A stretch of DNA of 45,905 nucleotides from Acidimicrobiia bacterium (GTDB lineage: Bacteria > Actinomycetota > Acidimicrobiia > Acidimicrobiales > Ilumatobacteraceae), in assembly GCA_033791105.1 (NCBI GenBank), contig JASJHI010000216.1, positions 1 to 45,905 of the forward strand. The letters run 5' to 3'. Numbering within the stretch: the first letter of the stretch is position 1; each line of letters starts with the position of its first letter. This document shows, piece by piece, positions 8,073 to 15,986 of this stretch. The notes below the pieces were generated by a model, which saw only the letters and a list, made by a program, of their open reading frames with translations, was not told where the DNA came from and searched no databases. The position numbers and the translations under genes are program-made.

Positions 8073-9007
8073 GCACCGACACCACGCCTGCCCCCGGCGA
8101 GACCACCGAGCCCGGCGCGGCCCGAGACGTGCCCGAGGAAGTCCCACGCTGGTTCCGCGCCGGCGACGAGACTGCACTGAGCATCTTGACGCGGCCGATC
8201 GCGCCGGCCCGCGATGTCGGCGTGATCTTCCTCAACGGCGGGCACGGTGGCAGCTCGGCCGGCAAGAACCGCGTACACACCCGGATGGCCGACGATCTCG
8301 CCCGACGCGGGTTCCACAGCCTCCGCGTCGAGTGGCACGGAATCGGCGACAGCACCGGCGAGATCGACGAGTTCGTCATGGACGACCCGTTCGTCGACGA
8401 GGCGCTCGGCGCGGTGCAGGTGCTGCGCGACGAGGGCATCTCGCGGGTGGCGATCTATGGCGAGTGCTTCGGCGCCCGCACCGCGGTTGTCTGTCAAGAT
8501 CGGATTCCCGAGCTGTGCGCGATGTTGCTCGTCACCCTCGTGATCCGTGACGGAGCACTGAGCGAACAGACACCGCAGCGCGTCGTCTCCGAACTCGACA
8601 CGGGAGACTTCGTCAAGCGGCTCGATCGCGTGCGCCACCTCGGCGACCCGGAAAAACGAGCGCTCTACATCCGGCTGATCCGGTCGAAGAGTAAACAGAT
8701 GCTGACGACGGCCAAGTTGCGCGTGGGCGGCTCGAAACTCGAGCCGTGGGTGAGTCCGCAGGTCGTGGCCGGTCTCGATGACCTCGGCGAGCGGCAGATC
8801 CCGGTGCATCTCGTCTATGGGACGAGCTACTGGGATCCGCACACCGGCGACTTCGTGAAGATCCGCGATGCGCTGAAGCCACTGGGACACGACAGCATCA
8901 CCGCCGAGATCCTCGACGAGATGATCGCCGGCTACCGCACCCTGCATGTACAGGACCGCCTCGTCCCGCTGGTCGGCGAGTGGATGGACGGCGCCGTCCC
9001 GCGCTGA
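8069..9007 (+). CDS. Alpha/beta-hydrolase-fold protein with a Cys nucleophile elbow (G-E-C-F-G), second of the pair
   Basis: Internal ATG 8069 of ORF 7838..9007. GVIFLNGGHGG (oxyanion-region-like), VEWHGIGDSTGE, elbow VAIYGECFGARTAV. Confidence 0.6.
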   Translation: MSTDTTPAPGETTEPGAARDVPEEVPRWFRAGDETALSILTRPIAPARDVGVIFLNGGHGGSSAGKNRVHTRMADDLARRGFHSLRVEWHGIGDSTGEIDEFVMDDPFVDEALGAVQVLRDEGISRVAIYGECFGARTAVVCQDRIPELCAMLLVTLVIRDGALSEQTPQRVVSELDTGDFVKRLDRVRHLGDPEKRALYIRLIRSKSKQMLTTAKLRVGGSKLEPWVSPQVVAGLDDLGERQIPVHLVYGTSYWDPHTGDFVKIRDALKPLGHDSITAEILDEMIAGYRTLHVQDRLVPLVGEWMDGAVPR

Positions 9008-9021
9008 GTCGGCAGCACTCG

Positions 9022-10653
9022 ATGCCATCCGTTCTCCATGACCTCGTCGCGGAATCGGCGACACGCGACGCCGACGCGCTCGCGCTCGTCGACGGTGACC
9101 GCTCCATCACGTACGGCGAACTCGTCGATCTGGCCGGCCGCGTGGCGCGGCTACTGATCCACGACTGCGGTGTCCGCCGCGGCGATCGCGTCGGCGTCCA
9201 CGCCGAGAAGTCGATCGAAACGATCGTGGCGATCTACGGGGCGATGATGGCAGGCGCCGCCTACGTCCCACTCGACGCGAGCGCGCCCGCCGCGCGAATC
9301 GCATTCATCCTCGGCAACTGCGACATCCGCGTGCTCGTGTCCCCCACCAAGCTGAAGAAGACCTGGACGGCGCTCCCTGAGTCGGGGGCCCATCTCGACC
9401 ACGTGGTCGCGCTCGACGCCGACTCGACCTTCGAACGTCCCGAGGCGATGCCGACTGCGATCACGCTCCACCGGTCCGCGCCCCCCGGCGACGCGACCGC
9501 CGGCGAGGCGACCGCCGACATGTCCCGCGACCTCCCGACGGTGATCGACGACGACCTCGCGTACATCCTCTACACCTCCGGTTCCACGGGCGACCCGAAG
9601 GGTGTCATGGTCTCGCACCGCAACGCGATGGCCTTCGCCACCTGGGCCGCCGACGAGTTCGCCCTCACTGCCGACGACCGCGTCGCGCAGCTCGCACCGT
9701 TGATCTTCGACCTCTCGACGTTCGACCTGTTCGCGTCTGCCTGCGCCGGCGCATCGGTACACCTCGTCGGACGCAAGGCGGCGATGTTCCCGGCCGATCT
9801 GCGGACGTTCATCGACGACAACGAGATCTCGACCATCTATGCGGTGCCGTCGATGCTGACGATGCTCGTCGAACGCGGCGGGTTGAGCGAGGGCGCACTC
9901 CCCTCGCTGCGCCGGATCCTCTTCGCCGGCGAGGTGTTCCCCACAAGGCACCTCGCGGCATTGATGCAGCTGATCTCGCATCCCGAGTACGCGAATCTCT
10001 ACGGGCCGACCGAGACCAACGTCTGTACGTTTCACCGAGTGCTCGAGGTACCCGCACCCGACGATCCTCCGTCGTCGATCGGGATCGCCATCACCAACGA
10101 CGAGGCGATCGTGGTCGGCGACGATGGACAAGTCGTCGAGCCGGGCGAGACCGGAGAACTCTTCATCCGCGGTGCCACCGTGATGCAGGGCTACTGGGGG
10201 GACCCGGAGCGCTCCGCGAAGGTGCTCGTGCCGCCTCCCGGGTCGGTCGGCGGACGCGAGCCGGCATATCGCACCGGCGACCTCGTGCGCGCGGCCGACG
10301 ACGGCGCCCTGACATTTCTCGGGCGTCGCGACAACCAGGTCAAGCGCCGCGGCTACCGCATCGAGCTCGGCGACATCGAGGCTGCCATCCTCGCCGACGA
10401 GCGCGTGGTGGAGTGCGCCGTGTCGGGCCTGCCCGATGACGAACTCGGCACGCGACTCGTCGCGCATGTGGTGAGTCGGGCGGCGCTCGAGCCGAAGGAT
10501 GTGCTCAAGTTCTCCCAACAGCACATTCCGCGCTACATGGTGCCCGATCACGTCGAGTTCCTGTCCGCGTTGCCCAAGACATCCACCGACAAGATCGACC
10601 GAGCCGGACTCAGACGGCGCGCACACGAGGAGCATTCCGTTGACGGTTCCTGA
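9022..10653 (+). CDS. Stand-alone amino-acid adenylation enzyme (DltA / NRPS A-domain-like AMP-forming ligase)
   Basis: Core motifs read in order: LAYILYTSGSTGDPKGV (A3), IFDLSTFDLF (A4, with the Asp typical of alpha-amino-acid activators; DltA-like), NLYGPTETNV (A5), GELFIRGATVMQGYWGD (A6), YRTGDLV (A7), GRRDNQVKRRGYRIELGDIE (A8), LPKTSTDKIDR (A10). Start ATG 9022, 15 nt after the upstream stop. Confidence 0.9.
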   Translation: MPSVLHDLVAESATRDADALALVDGDRSITYGELVDLAGRVARLLIHDCGVRRGDRVGVHAEKSIETIVAIYGAMMAGAAYVPLDASAPAARIAFILGNCDIRVLVSPTKLKKTWTALPESGAHLDHVVALDADSTFERPEAMPTAITLHRSAPPGDATAGEATADMSRDLPTVIDDDLAYILYTSGSTGDPKGVMVSHRNAMAFATWAADEFALTADDRVAQLAPLIFDLSTFDLFASACAGASVHLVGRKAAMFPADLRTFIDDNEISTIYAVPSMLTMLVERGGLSEGALPSLRRILFAGEVFPTRHLAALMQLISHPEYANLYGPTETNVCTFHRVLEVPAPDDPPSSIGIAITNDEAIVVGDDGQVVEPGETGELFIRGATVMQGYWGDPERSAKVLVPPPGSVGGREPAYRTGDLVRAADDGALTFLGRRDNQVKRRGYRIELGDIEAAILADERVVECAVSGLPDDELGTRLVAHVVSRAALEPKDVLKFSQQHIPRYMVPDHVEFLSALPKTSTDKIDRAGLRRRAHEEHSVDGS

Positions 10654-10888
10654 CTACGTCCGACAGTTCCTGCTGACCGAACTCGAGTTCGTCGGCGACG
10701 AGGAGGAACTCACCGACGACTACCCACTGCTCGAGGCGGGAGTTCTCGACTCGCTCGGCATCATGACGCTCGTCGAATACCTCGAGTCCGAGTTCGACAT
10801 CGTGATCGACGAAGACGATGTCGTCGCGGAGCACTTCGAGACGATCGACACAGTCGTCGCGCTGATCAGCGCGAAACAGGCCGCCTGA
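10640..10888 (+). CDS. Acyl/peptidyl carrier protein (DltC/ACP-like, about 82 aa)
   Basis: TTG 10640 overlaps the ligase stop (10651-10653). The sequence is acidic and helical, with the phosphopantetheine-attachment motif GVLDSLGIMTLVEYLE. Confidence 0.8.
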   Translation: MTVPDYVRQFLLTELEFVGDEEELTDDYPLLEAGVLDSLGIMTLVEYLESEFDIVIDEDDVVAEHFETIDTVVALISAKQAA

Positions 10889-10934
10889 CCGTACGCCGGG
10901 CGTTACCGGCAGGGGCGATCAGGCGACGAAGTGA

Positions 10935-11810
10935 TCAGCTCGCCGCAGCCGCGCCCCACTTCAACTTCACCCGCTGCGCTTCCTCGATCGGGAGAATCTC
11001 ACTCGACTTGGGCTCGAGTGCCGCCGCCGCCTGGGCGAGATTGCGTTGGAGCCGGCGCATGCCGTCGGGCTCGAGCGAGGCTGCATGATCGGTGCCCTTC
11101 CACGTACGGTCGAGCGTGAAGTGCCGTTCGATGTACGTCGCCCCGAGCGTGAATGCGACGGAGTCGATGGCAATGCCGTTGTGGTGACCGGAGTATCCGA
11201 TCGCCTCGACCTCGTCGCCGTACGCTTCGAGGAGGCGTGGGATCTCCATCAGACAGGCCTCGCTGGCCTGGATCGGGTATCCGGAAGTGCAGGCGTAGAG
11301 CACGACGTCACCAGACCGGCCGTGGTCGCGGAACAGGTCCATGATCTGGGTCTCCTCGTCGCGGGTGGTCATGCCCATGCTGACGTGGATCTTGCCGCCG
11401 AACGTGCGACACGTCTCTTCGAGCAGCTCGAAGTTGGTGTTCGTGGCCGAGGGAATCTTGAGGTAGGTGGGTCCGAGCGTGACGACGTCGCGAAGTGACA
11501 TGGCATCCCAGATCGACGTTGCGTAGACCATGTCACGGTCGGTGCAGTAGTCCATCAGCTCCTTGTGCTGATCCATGTCGAATTCGAGATACTCGCGGTG
11601 TTCGCCGTAGGTGTCACCGTAGGAGTTCTGCGGTACGGGGTGCGGCGCGTCGTACTGGTCGGGGGGAAGCAGATCGCGGTTCGACCGCTTCTGGAACTTG
11701 ACGTTCTCGATTTCGCAGAACGAGCCTGCGACGTCGATGAATCGTTTGGCGATCTCCATGTCGCCCAAGTGGTTGCATCCGATCTCGGCGATCAACGTTG
11801 GTGGTTGCAT
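10935..11810 (-). CDS. NeuB-family nonulosonate/ulosonate (phospho)synthase, short form without the C-terminal SAF domain
   Basis: LIAEIGCNHLGDMEIAKRFID, LKIPSA, GYSGHH and ERHFTLDR are all typical of N-acylneuraminate synthase-type TIM-barrel enzymes. At 291 aa there is no room for a SAF/AFP-like domain. Confidence 0.85.
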   Translation of the reverse strand: MQPPTLIAEIGCNHLGDMEIAKRFIDVAGSFCEIENVKFQKRSNRDLLPPDQYDAPHPVPQNSYGDTYGEHREYLEFDMDQHKELMDYCTDRDMVYATSIWDAMSLRDVVTLGPTYLKIPSATNTNFELLEETCRTFGGKIHVSMGMTTRDEETQIMDLFRDHGRSGDVVLYACTSGYPIQASEACLMEIPRLLEAYGDEVEAIGYSGHHNGIAIDSVAFTLGATYIERHFTLDRTWKGTDHAASLEPDGMRRLQRNLAQAAAALEPKSSEILPIEEAQRVKLKWGAAAAS

Positions 11811-11921
11811 GAGGTATCCCTTGTCGCTTTCAGGTCGTCTCGGAACGTGGTCCGATCGGATGTGGCCGCCGTTGTTGTCATCGGCACGAATCGGCGCTCA
11901 GTTCAGTCACTGACTGCTCCC

Positions 11922-12770
11922 TCACCAGGCCGTCCAGCCGCCGTCGACGACGAGATTGGCGCCGGTCATGTAGCTCGAGGCATCCGAGCACAGAAAGGCG
12001 ATCGCCCCGCGGTACTCATCGGGGCGGGCCATTCTGTCGAGAATCGTGCGCGACGAGTACGCCTGGACGAACTCGTCGTCGTGGTCGTTGAAGGCGCCGC
12101 CCGGAGTGAGCGCGTTGACCCGGATGCCGCTGCCTCTGTAGTTCGCGGCCAGCGCCTTGGTGAAGCCGAGCACACCCGCCTTGCTGACGGAGTAGTCGAG
12201 CGGCTTGAACGAGCGCGTACCATCCGCTCGCTCGTACAGCCGCTGATCGGGACCCGCCATGCCGTACGTCGAGGAGATGTTGACGATGACGCCGTCGACG
12301 CCGGTCCGCTCGAAGTGGCGACACACCGCCTGTGTCACGAGGAACATCCCCGTGAGATTGACGTCCATGCTCAAGCGCCAACGTTCGACGGGATAGTCCG
12401 TGAATGCCACATCGTCGATCGCGACACCGCCCTGGGCACCGTCTGCGGGTTCTGCCTTCGGGTTGACCGCCGCGCTGTTGACGAGCACGTCGATCGCCCC
12501 CGAGGCGGCGATCGCGTCGATGCAGCGAGCGACGTCAGCTTCGGACGTGATGTCGCACGGCGCAGGGAGACAGTGACCCGATGTCGACAACTCGGCGGCG
12601 ACGCGTGCTGCAGCATCGCCGTCATGGTCGAGCAGGTGGACCGTGGCGCCCACGTCGAGCAGTGCAGCGGCAAAACGTGCACCGAGCAGCCCCGCCCCGC
12701 CGGTGACGATCGCGCGACGACCGGTGAGATCGAACAAGGCCCGCGTGTTGATGCTGGATGATGCTGTCAT
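11922..12770 (-). CDS. Short-chain dehydrogenase/reductase (classical SDR)
   Basis: Internal ATG at 12770 of ORF 11922..13250. TGGAGLLGARFA (TGxxxGxG), NSAAVNP, YSVSKAGVLGFTKALA (YxxxK). Confidence 0.85.
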   Translation of the reverse strand: MTASSSINTRALFDLTGRRAIVTGGAGLLGARFAAALLDVGATVHLLDHDGDAAARVAAELSTSGHCLPAPCDITSEADVARCIDAIAASGAIDVLVNSAAVNPKAEPADGAQGGVAIDDVAFTDYPVERWRLSMDVNLTGMFLVTQAVCRHFERTGVDGVIVNISSTYGMAGPDQRLYERADGTRSFKPLDYSVSKAGVLGFTKALAANYRGSGIRVNALTPGGAFNDHDDEFVQAYSSRTILDRMARPDEYRGAIAFLCSDASSYMTGANLVVDGGWTAW

Positions 12771-12846
12771 GAGGTTCCGCCGGCGAGGATCGGCAACCGA
12801 TCGTACCGTTGCACCACCATGCCCGGCACCCACGGATTTCGGACGC

Positions 12847-13740
12847 TCACGAGACACCCCACACGCGCCGCGCGACGGGCGGGACCAGCGTGATCGCGGT
12901 ACGGCTGAGATGGCGCATGGACCGTTCCGAACGCCACGCCCTCGCGAACCAGCCGCGTGCGTCTCCGTATCGTCCGAGACGTGCGCAGCAGGCGCCGCAG
13001 ACGGCCGCGTAGTTCGCATACGCGTGCGGGTCGCGTCGCAGACGGTCGCCGTGGACATCGACGAGCCGTTCCGTGCAATCGAGCAGACGTTCAGGGTTGT
13101 TGCGGCCGCGGGCATCGGGCGCAGCCCAGTTGATCCGCAGCAGTGCATCGGGGATGGCGACCACCCTCCACGAGCGGGCGGTACAGAGGGGCAACATCCG
13201 CAGCATGAACTCGGTCTGGTGGCTGCATCGGATGTTGTCGTCGAACCCACCGGCTTCGAGCGCCGCAGCGCGACGCACCGCGAAGCTGCCGGCGGCGATC
13301 AGGCCTTCGAAGTCGTCGAATACCGGGCCGAGCCGCAGTGGTAGCCGCGTCACCTCGACATCGCCCTTCACATCGATGACGCCGCACATCACGACCGCGC
13401 AGTCGGGATCATCGGCAAAGGGTGCGCTGAGCTGCGCCGCCCATGTGGCAACGGGCCGATCGTCGTCGTCGACGAATGCGACCAACTCGCCCCGTGCTTG
13501 CCGGAGGCCCGTGTTGCGTGCGACGGAGAGACCGCCGTTCACCTGGTATTCATACCGCACCCGCGGATCGTCGAACGCGGCGACGACAGCCTTGGTGTCG
13601 TCGGTCGAGCCGTCGTCGACGACCAAGATCTCGTAGTTGCAGTCCTGGTCGGCGAGCAGTTGGCCGACGAGATCGCCGAGCCGTTCGGCACGGTTGAACG
13701 TGCAGATGACGATGCTCAGCAGCGGTGGCTGGTCAGCCAT
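12847..13740 (-). CDS. Glycosyltransferase, GT2 family
   Basis: LLSIVICTFNRAERL, ILVVDDGSTDDT and FVDDDD (DxD). The start is ATG 13740 (or 13749) and overlaps the upstream stop at 13733-13735. Confidence 0.85.
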   Translation of the reverse strand: MADQPPLLSIVICTFNRAERLGDLVGQLLADQDCNYEILVVDDGSTDDTKAVVAAFDDPRVRYEYQVNGGLSVARNTGLRQARGELVAFVDDDDRPVATWAAQLSAPFADDPDCAVVMCGVIDVKGDVEVTRLPLRLGPVFDDFEGLIAAGSFAVRRAAALEAGGFDDNIRCSHQTEFMLRMLPLCTARSWRVVAIPDALLRINWAAPDARGRNNPERLLDCTERLVDVHGDRLRRDPHAYANYAAVCGACCARLGRYGDARGWFARAWRSERSMRHLSRTAITLVPPVARRVWGVS

Positions 13741-14764
13741 CGCGCTCATCCTCGGAAACGCCGGCGACCGCCACCGAACGATCGAGCGCAGATGACGACT
13801 CGATCGCCTCGACCAGATGCACCGCCCGGATGCCGTCGCGCAACGGGGTGCCGACAGTGCCGGTACCGGCCACCGCATCGAGGAAGTCGCTCATCTGGGC
13901 CCGGAACATCGACTGGCGATCATATGGCCAGCTCTTGATGATCGGCTCGCCACCGCTCGGTGTGTGGACGAGGCGCGCCGCGTAGTGATCCCACTCGACC
14001 CTGCCGTCGGTGCCGACCGCGCGCAGCGTCACAGTGCGCGGTCGCTGGCGGTAGTCGAGATGTCCGTAGACGGAGGTGCCGGTCGTGGATCGGAAGAGAT
14101 AGGAGGCAGAGTCCTCGACATCGATCTCGAGATCGGAGAGATGTCCCCCCGATGCGTAGACCCGTTCGAGCGGGCCGAAGATCCAGTCGAGCACGTCGAT
14201 GTGGTGGATTTGCGTGCGCAGGACGCCGCCGCCGAGATCGCTCCGGGCTGCGTAGCCGATGCGATAGTCCTCGGCGGGGTGATAATCCGCGAGATGCTCA
14301 CCCTGATGCGCCTCGACCGCGAGCAGCACGCCGAGGGCGCCCTCTAGAACGAGCTCACGGATCGCGAGCAGGCCGGGCTCGTAGCGGAATTGGTGGCCTG
14401 CTGCGGCCACCAGCCCCCGCGCTTCGGCCAGCGTCGCAACGGCGTCGAGTCCCACCGATGTGGTGGCGACAGGTTTTTCGACCAACACGTGACATCCCGC
14501 GTGGACCGCCGTCTCCAGATGGCCGAGATGTGCTGCCGTCGGGCTCGCGACGATCACCGCATCGACGTTGCCGACGACGTCGGTGAGCGAATGCGCGACC
14601 TCGATCTCCCGGCCAGATACATCGAGGCGCTCGAGCCGACCGTGCTCGGACACCGCGATGGGTGCCGCACAGCCGAGTTCGAGCAGGACCGCGAGGTGAC
14701 GTCGTCCGATCGAGCCGGTCCCGACGACGGCGACCGTCGGTCGCTGCGGGGAACTGTGGGCCAT
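13733..14764 (-). CDS. Gfo/Idh/MocA-family NAD(P)-dependent sugar oxidoreductase
   Basis: VAVVGTGSIGRRH Rossmann motif and the LVEKPVA (EKP) motif. Only 3 nt separate it from the upstream gene. Confidence 0.85.
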   Translation of the reverse strand: MAHSSPQRPTVAVVGTGSIGRRHLAVLLELGCAAPIAVSEHGRLERLDVSGREIEVAHSLTDVVGNVDAVIVASPTAAHLGHLETAVHAGCHVLVEKPVATTSVGLDAVATLAEARGLVAAAGHQFRYEPGLLAIRELVLEGALGVLLAVEAHQGEHLADYHPAEDYRIGYAARSDLGGGVLRTQIHHIDVLDWIFGPLERVYASGGHLSDLEIDVEDSASYLFRSTTGTSVYGHLDYRQRPRTVTLRAVGTDGRVEWDHYAARLVHTPSGGEPIIKSWPYDRQSMFRAQMSDFLDAVAGTGTVGTPLRDGIRAVHLVEAIESSSALDRSVAVAGVSEDERDG

Positions 14765-14767
14765 GCG

Positions 14768-15499
14768 TCAGGATCCGGAGCGTTCGAAGTACGCACGACA
14801 CGCCGCTTCGGCGGCAGCGAGTGATGCCGGGTCGTCGATGTCGACTGCGAGCTCGGGACCGATCACCATCGGCAAGATCCGGTCGCCCGTCATCGAGCGC
14901 TTGACCGAAATCGTGTCCGCGCGGAACACGTCGAGTGTTCCCGTCTGCCAGTACGCGTCCGGCAGCGCCTGTCTCGGCTGGTTGTACTGCTCGTGGATAC
15001 CCGAGTCGACCAGCGGGACGAGTACACCGTCGACGATGCGCCACATCTTGAACGGGTTGTTGGCGGGTGGCGTGACGGCCCGCAGCGAGTCGGCCTCAGG
15101 GTCGGCCGCGAGTGTGCGCACACCCTCGTCGATCAGCCCGGGGGGACGCAGCGGTGACGTCGGGCGGAGGTGTACGACGATGTCGGGCCGGTAGCCCTCG
15201 GCCGTCGACAGTGCCTGGAGCGCGTGCTCGAACACCGGCAGATCGAGGACGGTGTCGCCGGCGAGTTCGGCGGGCCGGATGAACGGCACCTCGGCGCCGG
15301 CCTCCGCGGCGGTCGCGGCGATCTCGTCATCATCTGTGCTGATGATCGTGCGCGTCACCGTCTCGGCGTCGAGCGCAGCGCGCACCGACCACCACAGCAG
15401 GGGCCGGCCGAGCAGCGTGACGAGATTCTTTCGGGGAATACCCTTCGAGCCACCCCGCGCCGTCACGATCGCGAGGACCTCCAAGTCAGCGCCGGACAC
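14768..15499 (-). CDS. Acylneuraminate cytidylyltransferase family (CMP-nonulosonate/ulosonate synthetase)
   Basis: AIVTARGGSKGIPRKNL is the hallmark P-loop-like motif of CMP-NeuAc/CMP-Kdo-type synthetases. Only 1 nt separates it from the upstream gene. Confidence 0.9.
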   Translation of the reverse strand: MSGADLEVLAIVTARGGSKGIPRKNLVTLLGRPLLWWSVRAALDAETVTRTIISTDDDEIAATAAEAGAEVPFIRPAELAGDTVLDLPVFEHALQALSTAEGYRPDIVVHLRPTSPLRPPGLIDEGVRTLAADPEADSLRAVTPPANNPFKMWRIVDGVLVPLVDSGIHEQYNQPRQALPDAYWQTGTLDVFRADTISVKRSMTGDRILPMVIGPELAVDIDDPASLAAAEAACRAYFERSGS

Positions 15500-15500
15500 C

Positions 15501-15986
15501 TCAGGTCACCTCTCGCTTTCCGAGCAGTAGATCCGCGAGTTCGCGCAGGACGCCCTCGCCGCCCTTCGCCGAGGTGGTGTGCCTGGCCAGCCCGACGACG
15601 TCGGGATGCGCGTCGGCCGGCACGATCGGCCACCCGACGATCGACAGCGCCCCAGCGTCGTTGTCGTCGTTGCCGATGTACATCACGCGGTCGAGGTCCA
15701 ATCCGCGCGCTGCGACCACTTCGCGCAACGCCGCTTCCTTGTCACCGCTGCCTTGGATGACGTCGACGCGGAGCTTGGCTCCCCGCACCGACACGACCGG
15801 GTTCCGCTCGGTCGACAGAATCATCATCTCGAGCCCAGCGCCGCGCAGCAGGTCGCACCCGAGACCGTCGGAGCGGCTGCAGCGCACGGCTTCGTGGCCA
15901 TCGTCGGAGACCAATACCCGATCGTCGGTGAGCACTCCGTCGAAGTCCGTGACGAGGAGGTCGATGTCGTCGAGTCGCGGCGTCAT
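15501..15986 (-). CDS. HAD-superfamily phosphatase, KdsC/YrbI family (ulosonate/nonulosonate-phosphate phosphatase)
   Basis: LLVTDFDGVLTDD (DxDGVxTD) and GNDDNDAGAL (GDDxxD). At 161 aa it is capless, like KdsC. Its start overlaps the upstream stop by 4 bp. Confidence 0.85.
   Translation of the reverse strand: MTPRLDDIDLLVTDFDGVLTDDRVLVSDDGHEAVRCSRSDGLGCDLLRGAGLEMMILSTERNPVVSVRGAKLRVDVIQGSGDKEAALREVVAARGLDLDRVMYIGNDDNDAGALSIVGWPIVPADAHPDVVGLARHTTSAKGGEGVLRELADLLLGKREVT

Noticed and set aside
10889-10934. Small GCCGG-N6-CCGGC hairpin between the convergent carrier-protein and NeuB-like genes, as a possible terminator.
   Set aside because: The stem is only 5 bp. Such stems occur by chance very often at this GC content, so it is not reported as a feature.
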